Shown here: positions 11,383 through 11,733 of the stretch, piece after piece
Position numbering within the stretch: the first letter of the stretch is position 1
Layout of the letters: each line of letters starts with the position of its first letter
Origin: a virus
DNA length: 11,733 nucleotides
Reading direction: 5' to 3' (one strand)
Virus record (IMG/VR): IMGVR_UViG_3300045988_021489
Notes under the pieces: model-generated
Databases searched by the model: none
Seen by the model: only the letters and a program-made list of their open reading frames with translations
Told to the model about the DNA's origin: nothing
Program-made: the position numbers and the translations under genes

Positions 11383-11390
11383 CAAAGATA
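11383..11390 (-). promoter_or_regulatory. Candidate Bacteroidota-type -7 box (TATCTTTG) for the right-end early operon
   Basis: Plus strand caaagata reads TATCTTTG on the minus strand, 27 nt upstream of the ATG at 11355. Several TTTG/TTG elements lie upstream, but none has ideal spacing. Confidence 0.5.
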
Positions 11391-11459
11391 CAACTTTTTT
11401 CAAACATACAAGCATAAGCGCACAAATTATTTTCGTTTTAACTTTTCTTAACTCTTGGT

Positions 11460-11681
11460 GTTGTGTTCCACGTGAAACAATTTATTTTGTGCATCGGTGT
11501 GGCAGTGTTCCACGTGAAACAATTTCACGGGCGCACACGCATAACAAAAACCGTGCCAAAGTCGGGCGCAATGTGTTAAATTTTGGTAATTGCGACCCAT
11601 AGCAAAAAGCGTGCCACAAAGTGTTTGCAAATGTTAAAAGTGCGTTGGGAAACGTTAAATAGGGGTCAGTAGCGTACCTTT
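11460..11681. repeat. Right inverted terminal repeat, 222 bp
   Basis: Exact reverse complement of 53-274, abutting the adapter at 11682. Confidence 0.97.
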
Positions 11682-11733
11682 AGATCGGAAGAGCGGTTCA
11701 GCAGGAATGCCGAGACCGATATCGTATGCCGTC
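11682..11733. other. Illumina adapter sequence (artefact), reverse complement of 1-52
   Basis: Reads AGATCGGAAGAGCGGTTCAGCAGGAATGCCGAGACCGATATCGTATGCCGTC. Confidence 0.9.

Noticed and set aside
11448-11630. 60-aa ORF lying entirely inside the right ITR
   Set aside because: It starts at TTG. Its apparent internal repeat (KLFHVEH twice) is just the 21-bp DNA repeat read in frame. The mirrored left copy falls below the length cut-off because it depends on non-ITR bases for its stop. The region is better explained as a structured non-coding terminus.
53-11681. A suppressor tRNA, integrase or lysogeny module, toxin-antitoxin, CRISPR or DGR elements
   Set aside because: I found no tRNA-like T-loop (GGTTCGAnTCC-type) or cloverleaf candidate in the roughly 0.6 kb of intergenic DNA or in the ITRs. 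No recombinase, reverse transcriptase or repressor-like motif appears in any ORF. A by-eye scan is not as sensitive as tRNAscan or profile searches.

Overview
This window is not a chromosomal fragment. It is an essentially complete linear dsDNA phage genome (53-11681, 11,629 bp) with Illumina adapter still attached at both ends (1-52 and 11682-11733). The genome has perfect 222-bp inverted terminal repeats that begin 5'-AAAGGTAC. It encodes a family-B protein-primed DNA polymerase, a candidate terminal protein just upstream of it, a phi29 gp16-type packaging ATPase, a portal, a major capsid protein and a phi29 gp9-like tail knob. This is a minimal phi29-like (picovirus-type) podovirus. Thirteen of fourteen genes are on the minus strand, and one small gene at the left end points inward on the plus strand. 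No start codon is preceded by a Shine-Dalgarno sequence, and intergenic regions carry TAnnTTTG boxes, which points to a Bacteroidota host. That would be unusual for this phage type. The most interesting signal is that two conserved proteins are broken only by in-frame TAA codons. The polymerase is split between ExoI and ExoII. The tail knob is split into three same-frame ORFs, and the downstream pieces of both proteins lack ATG starts. TAA is also the ordinary terminator of most genes, so this looks like site-specific ochre readthrough or suppression (or nonsense lesions), not a genome-wide code change. Other points of note are a highly structured ITR, outward-facing promoter-like boxes at both ITR inner borders, recurrent box-plus-hairpin modules, a repeated intergenic cassette, a repeat-encoded acidic portal tail, and no recognisable endolysin. 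All functional calls rest on motifs read by eye and on remembered homologs. No database search was run.
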